A stretch of DNA of 64,000 bases, from the NCBI GenBank assembly GCA_964344765.1, contig CAYFOM010000019.1:17879-81878 (forward strand), written 5' to 3'. This document shows, piece after piece, positions 35,858 through 46,360 of the stretch. Origin of the DNA: an uncultured Planctomycetales bacterium. Its GTDB lineage: Bacteria > Planctomycetota > UBA1135. The position numbers and the translations under genes are program-made. Numbering within the stretch: the stretch's first letter is position 1; each line of letters begins with the position of its first letter. Under the pieces are notes generated by a model. That model saw only the letters and a list, made by a program, of their open reading frames with translations. It was not told the DNA's origin and ran no database searches.

Positions 35858-37591
35858 ATGTCGCAAATCGCAGAACACGGCCTGGCTCCTTTCGCCCGCC
35901 GCATCACCGACGCCGTTGCCGCCGCGTTGGACCTTCCGGCCGAACAAGTGCTGCTGGAGCGGCCGCGCAACGAGGAACACGGGGAGTTTGCGCTGCCCTG
36001 CTTCCGCTTTGCCAAAGCCGCCAAGGCCAATCCTGCTGAGCTGGCCGGCAAATTGGCCGCTGAATTGGAAATCGCCGACGTCACCGCCAGCAACATCGGC
36101 CCGTTTCTGAATTTCCGCCTCGACGACACCGCGCTGGCGGCACAAATCGTCGCCGATGCACGGCGCGAAGACTTCGGCCGCGGCGTCAGCAATGAACGCA
36201 CCTTGGTCGAGTATTCGTCGCCGAATATCGCCAAGCCGATGCATATCGGTCACCTGCGCACCACGGTGATTGGCGCGGCGCTGGCTCGCATGTTTGATCA
36301 CCTGGGTCACGAGGTGGTTCGCATCAATCACCTCGGTGACTGGGGCTCGCAATTCGGCAAGCTGCTGGCTGCGTTTCGTCGCTGGGGCAGTGAAGACAAG
36401 CTCGAACAAGATCCAATTGGTCACTTGCTCGAGCTGTACGTGCGCTACCACGCCGAGGAAAAAGAAGACGCGGCGCTCGACGCCGAAGCCAAAGCCGAGT
36501 TTTTGTCGCTGGAATCCGGCGAAGAAAACGACGCCCGCCGCGATTGGAAGCGCTTCACCGATTTATCGCTGCGCGAATTCCAAACCACCTTCGATCGCTT
36601 GGATGCACGCTTCGATCTCGTGCGCGGCGAATCATGGTACGAGGACAAGCTCGAAGACCTGGTGCAGTGGCTCGACGACGCCGGCGTGCTCGAGCTCAAC
36701 GACGGTGCCATCATCGTCGACTTGGAAAGCGAAGACATCAAAACGCCGTGTTTGGTCAAGACTTCGCGCGGTACCACGCTGTACGCCACTCGCGATTTGG
36801 CGGCGGCTAAGTCGCGCTGGGATGAATTCCAATTCGACCGCTGCCTTTACGTCGTCGGCGCCGAGCAGTCGCTGCACTTCAAGCAGTTCAAAGCGGTATT
36901 GAAGCGCTGCGGCACCGATTGGTGGGATCGCATTGAGCACATTCCGTTTGGATTGGTGCGCTTCACCGAAGGCAAGCTGTCGACGCGCGAAGGTCGCGTA
37001 TTGAGCTTGCAGGAAGTGCTCGACCGCGCCGTCGAATTGGCGCGTGAAATCGTCGAAGAAAAGAATCCGGAGCACGCCGATAAAGATCAGGTCGCCGAGC
37101 AGGTCGGCATCGGCGCGGTGATCTTCCACGACTTGAAGCACCAGCGTCAAAAAGACGTGGTCTTCAACTGGAAGGAAGTGCTGTCGTTCGAGGGCGACAC
37201 CGGCCCCTACTTGCAGTACACCCACGCGCGCTGCTGCTCGATCCTGCGCAAAGCCGGCCGTCGCAATGCCGACGGCACCGCCACCGAGGACCACGCCAAC
37301 GCCAAAGCCGCCGACCCCGCCTTGCTCGCCGATGGCCGTGATCTGTGGGTGCAACTGGGTCGCTTCCCCGCCGCGGTACGCGAAGCCGCCGACAAGCGCG
37401 AGCCGATGCTGCTGGCCCAGGCGCTGCTGAAAATCGCCGCCGCCGGAAATTCCTTCTACCGCGAGAAGCGCGTGTTGGGCGGCGACGATCCAGCCCTGGA
37501 AAACGCGCGTTTGGCGGCTATTGATTGTCTGCGCAATACGCTGGCCAGCGGCCTGCACATGCTCGGCGTGCCCACCCCTGAAGAAATGTAG
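35858..37591 (+). CDS. argS: Arginine--tRNA ligase
   Basis: SSPNIAKPMHIGHLRTTVIG is the class I HIGH region. 577 aa with the typical C-terminal anticodon-binding end ...GVPTPEEM. Confidence 0.95.
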   Translation: MSQIAEHGLAPFARRITDAVAAALDLPAEQVLLERPRNEEHGEFALPCFRFAKAAKANPAELAGKLAAELEIADVTASNIGPFLNFRLDDTALAAQIVADARREDFGRGVSNERTLVEYSSPNIAKPMHIGHLRTTVIGAALARMFDHLGHEVVRINHLGDWGSQFGKLLAAFRRWGSEDKLEQDPIGHLLELYVRYHAEEKEDAALDAEAKAEFLSLESGEENDARRDWKRFTDLSLREFQTTFDRLDARFDLVRGESWYEDKLEDLVQWLDDAGVLELNDGAIIVDLESEDIKTPCLVKTSRGTTLYATRDLAAAKSRWDEFQFDRCLYVVGAEQSLHFKQFKAVLKRCGTDWWDRIEHIPFGLVRFTEGKLSTREGRVLSLQEVLDRAVELAREIVEEKNPEHADKDQVAEQVGIGAVIFHDLKHQRQKDVVFNWKEVLSFEGDTGPYLQYTHARCCSILRKAGRRNADGTATEDHANAKAADPALLADGRDLWVQLGRFPAAVREAADKREPMLLAQALLKIAAAGNSFYREKRVLGGDDPALENARLAAIDCLRNTLASGLHMLGVPTPEEM

Positions 37592-37595
37592 TTCG

Positions 37596-38132
37596 ATGAC
37601 GGAACGCACCAAGCCTGATTACTACTCCGCGATTCGCGATGTGCCCGACTTCCCCAAGCCCGGCATTTTGTTCAAAGACATCACGCCGTTGCTGAACGAC
37701 GTCGAGCTGTTCACCGCGGCGATCGACGAAATGGCCGAGCAGGTCCGCCACCTACGCCCCACTCACTTCGCTGCGATTGAATCGCGCGGTTTCATTTTCG
37801 CCGGCGGCATGTGCGAGCGCCTCGGTGCCGGATTCATTCCGGTGCGCAAGCCAGGCAAGCTGCCGTGGAAGGTTTATTCCGAGTCGTACGAGCTGGAATA
37901 TGGCACCGATCAACTGCAAATCCACACCGACGCCTGTGGCCCCAATGATCGCGTCGTGCTGGTCGATGACCTGCTCGCCACCGGCGGCACCGCGGCGGCG
38001 GCGGTCAACTTGGTGCGCAAAACCGGAGCGGAGGTCGTCGCCGCTAGTTTTGTCGTCGAATTAGCCGCTTTGAACGGCCGCAGCAAGTTGCACGGCTTCG
38101 AAATTCACAACTTGATGAGTTTCGCCGACTGA
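37596..38132 (+). CDS. apt: Adenine phosphoribosyltransferase
   Basis: IRDVPDFPKPGILFKDITPLL and the PRPP motif VVLVDDLLATGGTA. Confidence 0.9.
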   Translation: MTERTKPDYYSAIRDVPDFPKPGILFKDITPLLNDVELFTAAIDEMAEQVRHLRPTHFAAIESRGFIFAGGMCERLGAGFIPVRKPGKLPWKVYSESYELEYGTDQLQIHTDACGPNDRVVLVDDLLATGGTAAAAVNLVRKTGAEVVAASFVVELAALNGRSKLHGFEIHNLMSFAD

Positions 38133-38195
38133 TTCCATAAACCCGGGCTACACTTCTACTCGACGCGAGGATTCCGATCTTCCTAGAATGCTGCT

Positions 38196-38972
38196 ATGCC
38201 AGATCAAGGCAACGCCAACCCACAAGCCGAAAAGGAAACTGAAGATCTCTGGAAAGAGTTCAAAGAGACCGGCTGCGTCGAGATCAAAAAGGAACTGATC
38301 CGCCGCTACCAGGCGCTGGTCCGTTACACCGCCGAGCGCATGGCGGCGTCGCTGCCGAAGTCGGTCGACGTCGACGATCTTGGCCAGGAAGGCAATTTCG
38401 GCCTGATGGACGCGATCGAGAAATTCGATCCGGGGCGCGGTATCAAGTTCAAAACTTATTGCTCGACCCGCATCCGCGGCGCCATTCTCGACGCGCTGCG
38501 CAGCCAAGACTGGGTTCCGCGTCTGGCCCGTACTCGCGCCAATCAGGCCGAGAAGGTGCGCCAGAAGTTCTTGTCGGAAGAAGGTCGCGAGCCGACCGAC
38601 AAGGAATTGGCCGACCATCTCGACCTCGACGTCAGCGCGTTGAATAAGGCGCGTGCGCGTTCGATGCTCAACCTCAGCGACCGCCGCCCGGATTCGTCGG
38701 AGCGCCGCTCCAGCATCGATACGCTCAGCGAGTCCAGTATTTCGAACCCGTTCGACTTGGTGAATCGCAAAGACATGATGTCGGTGATCACCCGTTCGCT
38801 GAGCGAAAAGGAAAAATCGATCTTGTATATGTATTACATCGATGGATTAAACCTACGCGAAATCGGCGAGCGCATGGCGTTGACCGAATCGCGCGTTTGC
38901 CAAATCCATGGCAACGTCATTCGCCGTCTGCGGGATCGTTTGAAGGGGTCTGCCGATAACTTCGAAATCTGA
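38196..38972 (+). CDS. fliA: FliA/WhiG-type (group 3) RNA polymerase sigma factor
   Basis: Region 2 is DLGQEGNFGLMDAIEKFDPGRGIKFKTYCSTRIRGAI. Region 4 is LREIGERMALTESRVCQIHGNVIRRLR. Confidence 0.75.
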   Translation: MPDQGNANPQAEKETEDLWKEFKETGCVEIKKELIRRYQALVRYTAERMAASLPKSVDVDDLGQEGNFGLMDAIEKFDPGRGIKFKTYCSTRIRGAILDALRSQDWVPRLARTRANQAEKVRQKFLSEEGREPTDKELADHLDLDVSALNKARARSMLNLSDRRPDSSERRSSIDTLSESSISNPFDLVNRKDMMSVITRSLSEKEKSILYMYYIDGLNLREIGERMALTESRVCQIHGNVIRRLRDRLKGSADNFEI

Positions 38973-38994
38973 ATCCGCCTTCCGGCCGGACGAT

Positions 38995-39822
38995 TTGCTG
39001 CGCCTATTGCCGGCGCGGCGCGAATTGGCGGAAGAAATTGTGGTGCTGGATTACTGCCGCAGCACCCACCAGCTGCTGCGCCGCCACGTAGACGAGGTCT
39101 GCGCGCTGCAAAAAGAGCTGCCGCCGAGCATGCTCTACCTGACCGAAATGCAGCTCGAAGGCAAAGGCCGACGCGGTCCGGGATGGTGGTCGGGCTCGTG
39201 CTGCCAAAATTTGGCCGCGAGTTTGTTGCTCAAAAACCCGACGCAGCCGCCGGAAACCATCGGTCTACACGCGGCTTGTGCGGTAGCCGATGCGCTGTCG
39301 CCATTGCTGCAACAACCGCAAGATTTGGCGCTGAAGTGGCCGAATGACGTGCATTTGGCCGGCGCCAAGGTCGGCGGCGTGCTGGTTGAGGTCAGCGAGC
39401 GCCACGGGCAGCAGTTCGCGATGGTCGGCGTCGGCTTGAACCTGCTCCAAGCGCCGCCGGAAGACGTCGCCACCTATCGGACCACTGCGGTTGTTGATCA
39501 TGGAATCGAACCGGATCCTGAAGAGGTATGCCAGCCGCCTTCACGGGGTATTGATCGCACGCGATTGGTGGCGGCTTGGGTGTGGGCGTTGGAAAAACGG
39601 TTGCGCTGGGCGCGGCTCAACGGTCATCAGCAATTGGAGCGCGATTTTCTTCAATACCTGCGTCGCTGGGCACCGCACGGCGTGCTGGATCCAGCCACCG
39701 GACACGGCGGACCTTTGGTAGAATTCTCGGTTCAGCGCGGCCTGACCTGGGGTGAAAAGGGAAACACGGACACCCGCCCACTGGGTTGGATTCCGTCGCT
39801 GGATGCCATTGAGAAGCCATGA
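38995..39822 (+). CDS. birA: Biotin--[acetyl-CoA-carboxylase] ligase (no N-terminal HTH)
   Basis: GKGRRGPGWWS (GRGRxGRxW motif), LKWPNDV and GGVLVE. The start TTG 38995 is taken from the track and is uncertain. Confidence 0.75.
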   Translation: MLRLLPARRELAEEIVVLDYCRSTHQLLRRHVDEVCALQKELPPSMLYLTEMQLEGKGRRGPGWWSGSCCQNLAASLLLKNPTQPPETIGLHAACAVADALSPLLQQPQDLALKWPNDVHLAGAKVGGVLVEVSERHGQQFAMVGVGLNLLQAPPEDVATYRTTAVVDHGIEPDPEEVCQPPSRGIDRTRLVAAWVWALEKRLRWARLNGHQQLERDFLQYLRRWAPHGVLDPATGHGGPLVEFSVQRGLTWGEKGNTDTRPLGWIPSLDAIEKP

Positions 39823-40544
39823 CTCGTTACGACGGCCGCAAAGACGACGAACTTCGCCCGACTCGCATCACCCGCAATTTCCTCGATTCATCCGAGGGCG
39901 CGGTGTTGGTTGAGGTCGGCAATACGCGGGTGCTGTGCACCGTTTCAGTGACCCCCGGCGTGCCATCGTGGAAGCGTGGCAGTGGCGAGGGCTGGCTGAC
40001 CGCCGAGTACGCGATGCTCCCAGGCTCGGTCCAAGGACGCAAACGCCGCGAAACCAGCAAGCGCGACGGCCGCAGTGTTGAAATTCAGCGTCTCATCGGT
40101 CGTGCGCTTCGCGCCGTGGTCGATTTACGTGCCTTCCCCGACTTCACCCTGGCGGTCGATTGCGATGTGCTGCAGGCCGACGGCGGCACGCGTTGTGCAT
40201 CAATTACCGGCGCGATGGTCGCGCTGCACGACGCGGTGCAAACGCTGGCGGCGCGCGAAAAGCTGCTGCATTGGCCGATCCGCGATTGGGCGGCGGCGGT
40301 TTCCGTCGGCGTGGTGCGCGGCATTGAGGTGCTGGATTTGAACTACCGCGAGGATTTTGAAGCCGACGTCGACATGAATATCGTGGCGACGGCGAGCGGC
40401 AAGATTATCGAGGTGCAAGGCACCGCCGAAGGCGATCCCTTCGAGCGCGAGTCTTTTACCAAGATGTTGGATTTGGGTTTGAAGGGCGCGGTGGAATTGA
40501 CCGAGCTGCAAAAGCAAGCGGTTGCCGAAGAAGCCACCGCTTAA
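39819..40544 (+). CDS. rph: Ribonuclease PH
   Basis: RYDGRKDDELRPTRITRNFLDSSEGAVLVEVGNTRVLCT. 4-nt overlap with birA. Confidence 0.9.
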   Translation: MTRYDGRKDDELRPTRITRNFLDSSEGAVLVEVGNTRVLCTVSVTPGVPSWKRGSGEGWLTAEYAMLPGSVQGRKRRETSKRDGRSVEIQRLIGRALRAVVDLRAFPDFTLAVDCDVLQADGGTRCASITGAMVALHDAVQTLAAREKLLHWPIRDWAAAVSVGVVRGIEVLDLNYREDFEADVDMNIVATASGKIIEVQGTAEGDPFERESFTKMLDLGLKGAVELTELQKQAVAEEATA

Positions 40545-40570
40545 ACGACTGTTCCTACTACTCCGAAGCC

Positions 40571-41257
40571 ATGCAACGCATCCTCGTCGCCTCCGGAAAC
40601 GCGAAAAAGCTGCACGAACTACGCACGCTTTGCGCCGATCTGCCGGTTGAGATTTTGGCGCCGACCGACATCGGCGCCGAGCTGCCCGATGTCATTGAGG
40701 ACGGCGACACCTTCTCAGCCAATGCGCGCAAAAAAGCGTTGGAGTTCGCCGAATTCGCCGCCCAACACCTTGGCACCGACGTCTGGGCCTTGGCCGATGA
40801 CTCCGGCTTGTCCGTCGACCACCTCGGTGGTTTGCCTGGCGTGCATTCCGCCCGTTACGCCGAAATGTATAGCGACGGTTTCACTGCCGACGATGCCGAT
40901 CGAGTCTTGCCGCAATTTGAAGGAGTCGACGGCGATAACAATGTTTTGCTGTTGCAGCGCCTGCACGACGTCGCCGATGCCGATCGCGGCGGCGCTTTCC
41001 ACTGCGTGATTGCCGTCGCCCATGCCGGCGAGGTCAAGATTGAGGTCGAAGGCGAGGTGCGCGGCCGCATTTTGCGCGAACCGCAGGGCGGCGCCGGATT
41101 TGGTTACGACCCGTTGTTTTTTCACGAACCCAGCGGCGTGGCTTTCGCCGAATTGAGCCTGGAACAGAAATCGCAAGTGAGTCACCGCGGAATCGCCGTC
41201 GGCAAATTGCGTCAGGCATTAAAATCTCTGCTGCAAACGCCGCCCAGCCACCGATGA
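40571..41257 (+). CDS. rdgB: Non-canonical purine NTP pyrophosphatase (dITP/XTP)
   Basis: ILVASGNAKKLHEL, GFGYDPLFF and SHRG. Confidence 0.85.
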   Translation: MQRILVASGNAKKLHELRTLCADLPVEILAPTDIGAELPDVIEDGDTFSANARKKALEFAEFAAQHLGTDVWALADDSGLSVDHLGGLPGVHSARYAEMYSDGFTADDADRVLPQFEGVDGDNNVLLLQRLHDVADADRGGAFHCVIAVAHAGEVKIEVEGEVRGRILREPQGGAGFGYDPLFFHEPSGVAFAELSLEQKSQVSHRGIAVGKLRQALKSLLQTPPSHR

Positions 41258-43062
41258 GCAAGAACTTTCCTCCACAGCGCATTCGCAATTTTTCGATTAT
41301 TGCGCACATCGACCACGGCAAGTCGACGCTGGCGGACCGCTTCCTCGAGATCACCGGGGCGGTGGATTCGCGCAAGAAGCAGGACCAGATGCTCGATTCG
41401 ATGGATCTGGAGCGCGAGCGCGGCATCACCATCAAGGCGGCTGCGGTTTCGCTGACCCACGTGATCGACGGCGAGGAATACTTGCTGAATTTGATCGATA
41501 CGCCGGGTCACGTCGACTTTGCTTACGAGGTCGAAAAATCGCTGCAAGCATGCGAAGGCGCGTTGCTGCTGATCGACGCGGCGCAGGGAATTCAAGCGCA
41601 AACCGTCGCCAACGCCATGCTGGCGATGGATCAGGAAATGTCGGTGATCCCAGTGTTCAACAAGATGGACTTGCCGCACGCGCGGCCCGAGGAAATCAAA
41701 GACGAACTGGAAAACACGCTGCTGCTGGAGCGCGATTCGGCGCTGTCGTGTTCAGCCAAAACCGGCATGGGATTGGATGATGTGTTGCACGCCATCGTCG
41801 AAGACATCGCCCCACCCGAAGGCGATCCGAACAAACCGCTGCGCGCGCTGATTTTTGATGCCAAGTACGACGAGTACCGCGGCATCATCGTTTACTTGCG
41901 CATGGTCGACGGCCAGTTGAACAAAGGCGACTGGATTCACATGGTCGGCGCCGATGCCGATTACGAAGCGATTGAGATCGGCAAGTTCATGCCGAAGCCG
42001 GTCCCCCATCAGCACCTGGGTGTCGGCGAGGTCGGATATTTGATCTCGAACATCAAGCGCTTGGAAGACGTGCGCGTCGGCGACACCGTCACCATCATGA
42101 AGGGTGAACGCGCCGAAGTGCTGGAGGGTTACCGCGAACCCGAGCCGATGGTTTGGTGCGGCATTTACCCTGTGAACAGCGGCGATTTCGAAAACTTGCG
42201 CTCGGCTTTGAAGGCGCTGAAGTTGAATGATTCGTCGATCATTTTTGATCCCGAATCCAGTGATGCACTCGGCTTTGGCTTCCGCTGTGGGTTCCTCGGG
42301 CTGCTCCACATGGAGATCGTGCAGGAACGCTTGGAGCGTGAAAGCGGAATCGACATCGTGCAAACTGCGCCAACGGTGCCGTACGAAGTGCAGATGAACG
42401 ACGGTGAAACGAACGTCATTCACTCACCGGGTGAACTTCCCGACCCCACCCAATGGTCCGAGGTTCGCGAACCGATGGTCACCGTGCACATTCTTGTGCC
42501 GACGGAATCCATCGGCCCGATGATGAAGCTGTGCACCGAGCGCCGCGGCATTTTCTTGCGTCAAGAGCACCTGTCGGCGTCGCGCGTGATGCTGACTTGG
42601 GATATGCCGTTATCGGAGATCATTTACGACTTCTACGACAAGCTGAAGTCCGGCACCAAAGGCTACGGCACGATGAACTTTGAAGAGCCGCGCTTCGAAG
42701 CGGCCAACTTGGTCAAGCTGCGCATTTTGGTCAACGGCAACGAGGCCGATGCGCTGTCGCTGATCTGCCACGCCGATTCGGCGCAACGCCGCGGTCGCGC
42801 GGTGCTGCAGAAACTGCGCAAGGAAATCCCGCGCCACCAATTCCAAATCCCGCTGCAAGCAGCCGTCGGCGGCAAGATTATGGCGCGCGAAAACATCCGC
42901 GCACTGTCGAAAAACGTCACCGCCAAGTGTTACGGCGGCGATATTACCCGTAAGCGCAAGCTGCTCGAGAAGCAGAAAGAGGGTAAAAAGCGGATGAAGT
43001 CGATCGGCAATGTGGAAGTGCCGCAAAAAGCCTTCTTGGCAGTGCTATCGACCGACGAATAA
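41254..43062 (+). CDS. lepA: Elongation factor 4
   Basis: IRNFSIIAHIDHGKSTLADR, LIDTPGHVDF and NKMDL. 602 aa with a LepA-specific C-terminus. Confidence 0.95.
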   Translation: MSKNFPPQRIRNFSIIAHIDHGKSTLADRFLEITGAVDSRKKQDQMLDSMDLERERGITIKAAAVSLTHVIDGEEYLLNLIDTPGHVDFAYEVEKSLQACEGALLLIDAAQGIQAQTVANAMLAMDQEMSVIPVFNKMDLPHARPEEIKDELENTLLLERDSALSCSAKTGMGLDDVLHAIVEDIAPPEGDPNKPLRALIFDAKYDEYRGIIVYLRMVDGQLNKGDWIHMVGADADYEAIEIGKFMPKPVPHQHLGVGEVGYLISNIKRLEDVRVGDTVTIMKGERAEVLEGYREPEPMVWCGIYPVNSGDFENLRSALKALKLNDSSIIFDPESSDALGFGFRCGFLGLLHMEIVQERLERESGIDIVQTAPTVPYEVQMNDGETNVIHSPGELPDPTQWSEVREPMVTVHILVPTESIGPMMKLCTERRGIFLRQEHLSASRVMLTWDMPLSEIIYDFYDKLKSGTKGYGTMNFEEPRFEAANLVKLRILVNGNEADALSLICHADSAQRRGRAVLQKLRKEIPRHQFQIPLQAAVGGKIMARENIRALSKNVTAKCYGGDITRKRKLLEKQKEGKKRMKSIGNVEVPQKAFLAVLSTDE

Positions 43063-43175
43063 GCGCCGATTCGGGCTTAACTAGAAAGTCATAAGTCATT
43101 TCGCGCCGTTGTTTATGATTGATGGCCGTGCCGGTGGTTGCTCCCCAGACCTCCCAAACGCCCGGCCCCAATCCA

Positions 43176-45086
43176 ATGAATCTTGTCGCCCGATGTGCAC
43201 TCGCGCTGCTACTGACCGCCAGCGGTGCATGGAGCCAGCAGTATTACGTTTCCCCATTCGGTGACGACGCAACCGGCGATGGCAGCGCTGATTTGCCGTG
43301 GCGCTCCGTCACCAAAGCCATGCAGGCGGCAACGGTTGGCGATCAAATCAATGTAGGCGCCGGCAGTTATGACGCCTTCCATGGCGAGGCCTTCCCGTTG
43401 GTCGTCAAAGATGGAGTCAGCCTCGTCGGGCCGGGACCCGGACTAGGAACAGCAACGCTGAACGGCGCTAACGTTTTTGTGCCGCTGTTGGTGGTCACCG
43501 ATAACGTCGAGCCAACAGTGATTCAGTTCCTGCGCATGGATGGCGAGGTCAACATCATCGAGGTCTCGGGCAATCCCACCGATTTAACCGTCGCCGATTG
43601 TGTGTTCCTTGGCGGCCAAAAAGCGCTGAATCACGAAGCTGCCGGCGATGAAGCGGCGCTGCAATTCCTGCGCAATACCGCAGTGAATATGGATGTGGAC
43701 GGACTGACCTGGGTGGCAACCGGCGGCGCCAATTTGGAACACAGGCTGATCATTCGCGACAACCATTTCGTCGGCGCGTCCGAATCGGGGAATGGCGTGC
43801 GCATCGGTGCGGTTGGCGACGTCACCGTCAACCTGACCTTGCGCAACAATTACGTCGAAAACTTTTCGGTCGGCTACGACCTTGCCGCCACTGCTAGTGG
43901 ATCGACGGCTTCGCTCACAGGCGTAATTCGCGGCAATGAAGCCTACAAGTGCAATGGCGACGGCGTGAGCTGCACACTAACCGCCAGTGGATTGGGCCCG
44001 TCGGTTGCGGCTTTTGACGCGTCGTTTTTCCAAAACGCTTTCGCTCGCAACGACGGCGATGGCATGGAGGTTTATTCGTCGGCGCTAGGCCCGGATAACA
44101 GCACTGAATTTCATTCTTCACTGTGGGCGAATGAATTCCGCCGCAATGAGAAGAATGGCGTCTACATCCGCGAGTTTGGCGTAGCCGGCGGCGTTTGCGA
44201 TACCCAACCCGATTTTGGCGGTGGCCCGTGGGGTTCGTGGGGAGGCAATACTTTTGAGCGCAACGATGAGGAATACGTCACCGGCGCGCACTACGACATG
44301 CGCCTGGAATCGGCCACCAACGTTTTTGCGCAAAATAACTGGTGGGGTGAGCTGGATCTGTTGCTCGCCGATTCAATCATTGAGTCGCACATCTTTCACC
44401 AAGTCGACGACCCGCTCGCCGGTTTAGTGGACTTCAGCCGACGCCGTCCCGATCTGCTGACCTTCGCGCCGACGCAAAACCGCACCAAGGTCCACACCCA
44501 AGAATCCATCACCTTGCTCGCCGAAGCGGACACTGTATTTGTTGAGCGCGCAGGCTCGACTCCGCTTTCGGTGACCGTTGGAGAGGTGCTCTCCCCATTG
44601 GTGACCGTGGCTCCCAACGGTCAATCCCTGACTTTCAAAATGCCTGATCTCAGGGCAACCGGCGGCGGCACCCTACCCATCGAGATCACCGATCCCAACG
44701 GTCGCAACGGCTTGTCGTCGATCATTGTGCAAGGGGACGGCAATGGCGATGGCTTCTGTTTCGTCGCAACGGCCACTTACAACCATCCCGACGCACCCGA
44801 AGCTCTGACCCTGCGTCGCTGGCGCGATCATTACTTGGCCGATCATGCCGCCGGCCGCGCATTCATCCGCACTTATTACCACCACTCGCCGCGGCTCGCC
44901 GGCTGGATTGCCGAAAACCCGCGCTGGCGTGGCCTCAGCCGTGCCGCGCTGGCACCGGTGGTTTGGAGTGTGCGCATTTGGATGGATCACATCTGGTTCT
45001 ACTGGCTGATCCTGCCACTGCTCTTTGCGCGCAAACCGCTGCGCAAACTCATTCGCCTCAACCGGTCTCCCCAAACCAGCTCGTAG
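43176..45086 (+). CDS. Secreted DUF1565-type right-handed beta-helix protein with a CF(I/V)ATA-box C-terminal membrane anchor
   Basis: Signal MNLVARCALALLLTASGAWSQ. YYVSPFGDDATGDGSADLPWRSVTKAMQAATVGDQINVGAGSY is a DUF1565-like start. The C-terminus is GFCFVATATYNHPDAPEALTLRRWRDHYL...IWFYWLILPLLFA. Confidence 0.65.
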   Translation: MNLVARCALALLLTASGAWSQQYYVSPFGDDATGDGSADLPWRSVTKAMQAATVGDQINVGAGSYDAFHGEAFPLVVKDGVSLVGPGPGLGTATLNGANVFVPLLVVTDNVEPTVIQFLRMDGEVNIIEVSGNPTDLTVADCVFLGGQKALNHEAAGDEAALQFLRNTAVNMDVDGLTWVATGGANLEHRLIIRDNHFVGASESGNGVRIGAVGDVTVNLTLRNNYVENFSVGYDLAATASGSTASLTGVIRGNEAYKCNGDGVSCTLTASGLGPSVAAFDASFFQNAFARNDGDGMEVYSSALGPDNSTEFHSSLWANEFRRNEKNGVYIREFGVAGGVCDTQPDFGGGPWGSWGGNTFERNDEEYVTGAHYDMRLESATNVFAQNNWWGELDLLLADSIIESHIFHQVDDPLAGLVDFSRRRPDLLTFAPTQNRTKVHTQESITLLAEADTVFVERAGSTPLSVTVGEVLSPLVTVAPNGQSLTFKMPDLRATGGGTLPIEITDPNGRNGLSSIIVQGDGNGDGFCFVATATYNHPDAPEALTLRRWRDHYLADHAAGRAFIRTYYHHSPRLAGWIAENPRWRGLSRAALAPVVWSVRIWMDHIWFYWLILPLLFARKPLRKLIRLNRSPQTSS

Positions 45087-45091
45087 TCGTC

Positions 45092-46360
45092 ATGCCCCTA
45101 CTCATCACACTACTGGCTGCCGCCGCGCCTCTGCCTCAAGACCAACCTGCTCGGCGTCCGGCGAAGCCATTGATCCGATTGGAGCGAGTTCAGGAGCCGG
45201 AGCAAGCACCGCCCCCGGTCGAAGCGCTCGAAGAAGCCGATGCCGACGCCGACGCCGACCTTTGGACCGAGGAGTTCGAGCTGAAGTTTTCCGGCAAGTT
45301 GGAGAATGATTGGTCGTTTTATTCAGCCGACCGCGAGCTGGAAATGCAACACGGCGAGTTCGACAGCGGCACCGAGTTCCGCCGTGCGCGTTTTGGCATG
45401 AAGGGTGGATACGGGGAATGGCTGGCGTTTAAGGCCTCTTACGATCTACAAGGCGACGGTTCCGGATTCAGTGACTTGTATTCCGAATTCGAGGGCCTGC
45501 CCAACAACGCCAAGTTGAAGTTCGGACACTTCAAAGAACCGTTCAGCCTGGAAACGCTGACCAGTTCCACCAATCTGACCTTCATGGAGCGATCGCTGGT
45601 CAAAGGATTCGCGCCCAGCCGCAACGTCGGCATTCAGGTGCGGGATTCGGCGTTCAAAAAGAAGATGACCTGGGCAGCCGGCTTGTTCCGCGAAACCGAC
45701 GCCGGCGCTTTTGGGGTCGACGAATCCGGCCAGTTGGAATTTGCGCTGACCGGCCGCGTGACTTGGCTGCCGATCCGCGACAAGGATGAGCAACAGCTGC
45801 TCCACCTCGGATTGGCCGCGAGCTACCGCAATCCGGATGAAGCCGAAGCGCGTTTCCGCAGTCGTCCGGAATCGCACCTCGCCCCCTACTACTTGGACAC
45901 CAGTAAATTCCTCGCCGATGACGTCATCCTGATCGGCACCGAAGCCGCTTACGTCCACGGCCCGGCCACGCTGCAAGCCGAATATGCCCAGGCGATGGTC
46001 AGTCGCCCGGCCGGAGCCAGCGACGTCAGCTTTTCCAGCGGCTACATCCTGGGTTCGTGGATTTGGACCGGTGAATCGCGCGAGTACAACCGCAGCAAAG
46101 GCTATTTCGGCGGCGTCATTCCCGCCCACCCGTTCGGCGGCAATGCCGACGGCCCCGGCGCCTGGGAAACTGCGCTGCGTTATTCCTTCGCCAATTACAA
46201 CGATGACAACATTGGTGGTGGTGAAGGCCGCATGCTGATGGCTGCCCTGAATTGGCATATGACTGAACACTTGCGCATTTCGCTGAACTACGGCATTGCC
46301 GATTTGGTCACCCATGGCAACGCACACATTCTGCAGCTACGCTTCCACCTCGATTGGTAA
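45092..46360 (+). CDS. OprO/OprP-family (phosphate-selective type) porin
   Basis: EFRRARFGMKG...KLKFGHFKEPFSLETLTSSTNLTFMERS matches the Porin_O_P core. It ends ...LQLRFHLDW. It starts 5 nt after the previous stop. Confidence 0.7.
   Translation: MPLLITLLAAAAPLPQDQPARRPAKPLIRLERVQEPEQAPPPVEALEEADADADADLWTEEFELKFSGKLENDWSFYSADRELEMQHGEFDSGTEFRRARFGMKGGYGEWLAFKASYDLQGDGSGFSDLYSEFEGLPNNAKLKFGHFKEPFSLETLTSSTNLTFMERSLVKGFAPSRNVGIQVRDSAFKKKMTWAAGLFRETDAGAFGVDESGQLEFALTGRVTWLPIRDKDEQQLLHLGLAASYRNPDEAEARFRSRPESHLAPYYLDTSKFLADDVILIGTEAAYVHGPATLQAEYAQAMVSRPAGASDVSFSSGYILGSWIWTGESREYNRSKGYFGGVIPAHPFGGNADGPGAWETALRYSFANYNDDNIGGGEGRMLMAALNWHMTEHLRISLNYGIADLVTHGNAHILQLRFHLDW

Noticed and set aside
36632-37612. 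326-aa minus-strand ORF
   Set aside because: It lies entirely inside argS (clear HIGH motif on the plus strand). This is a typical high-G+C shadow ORF.
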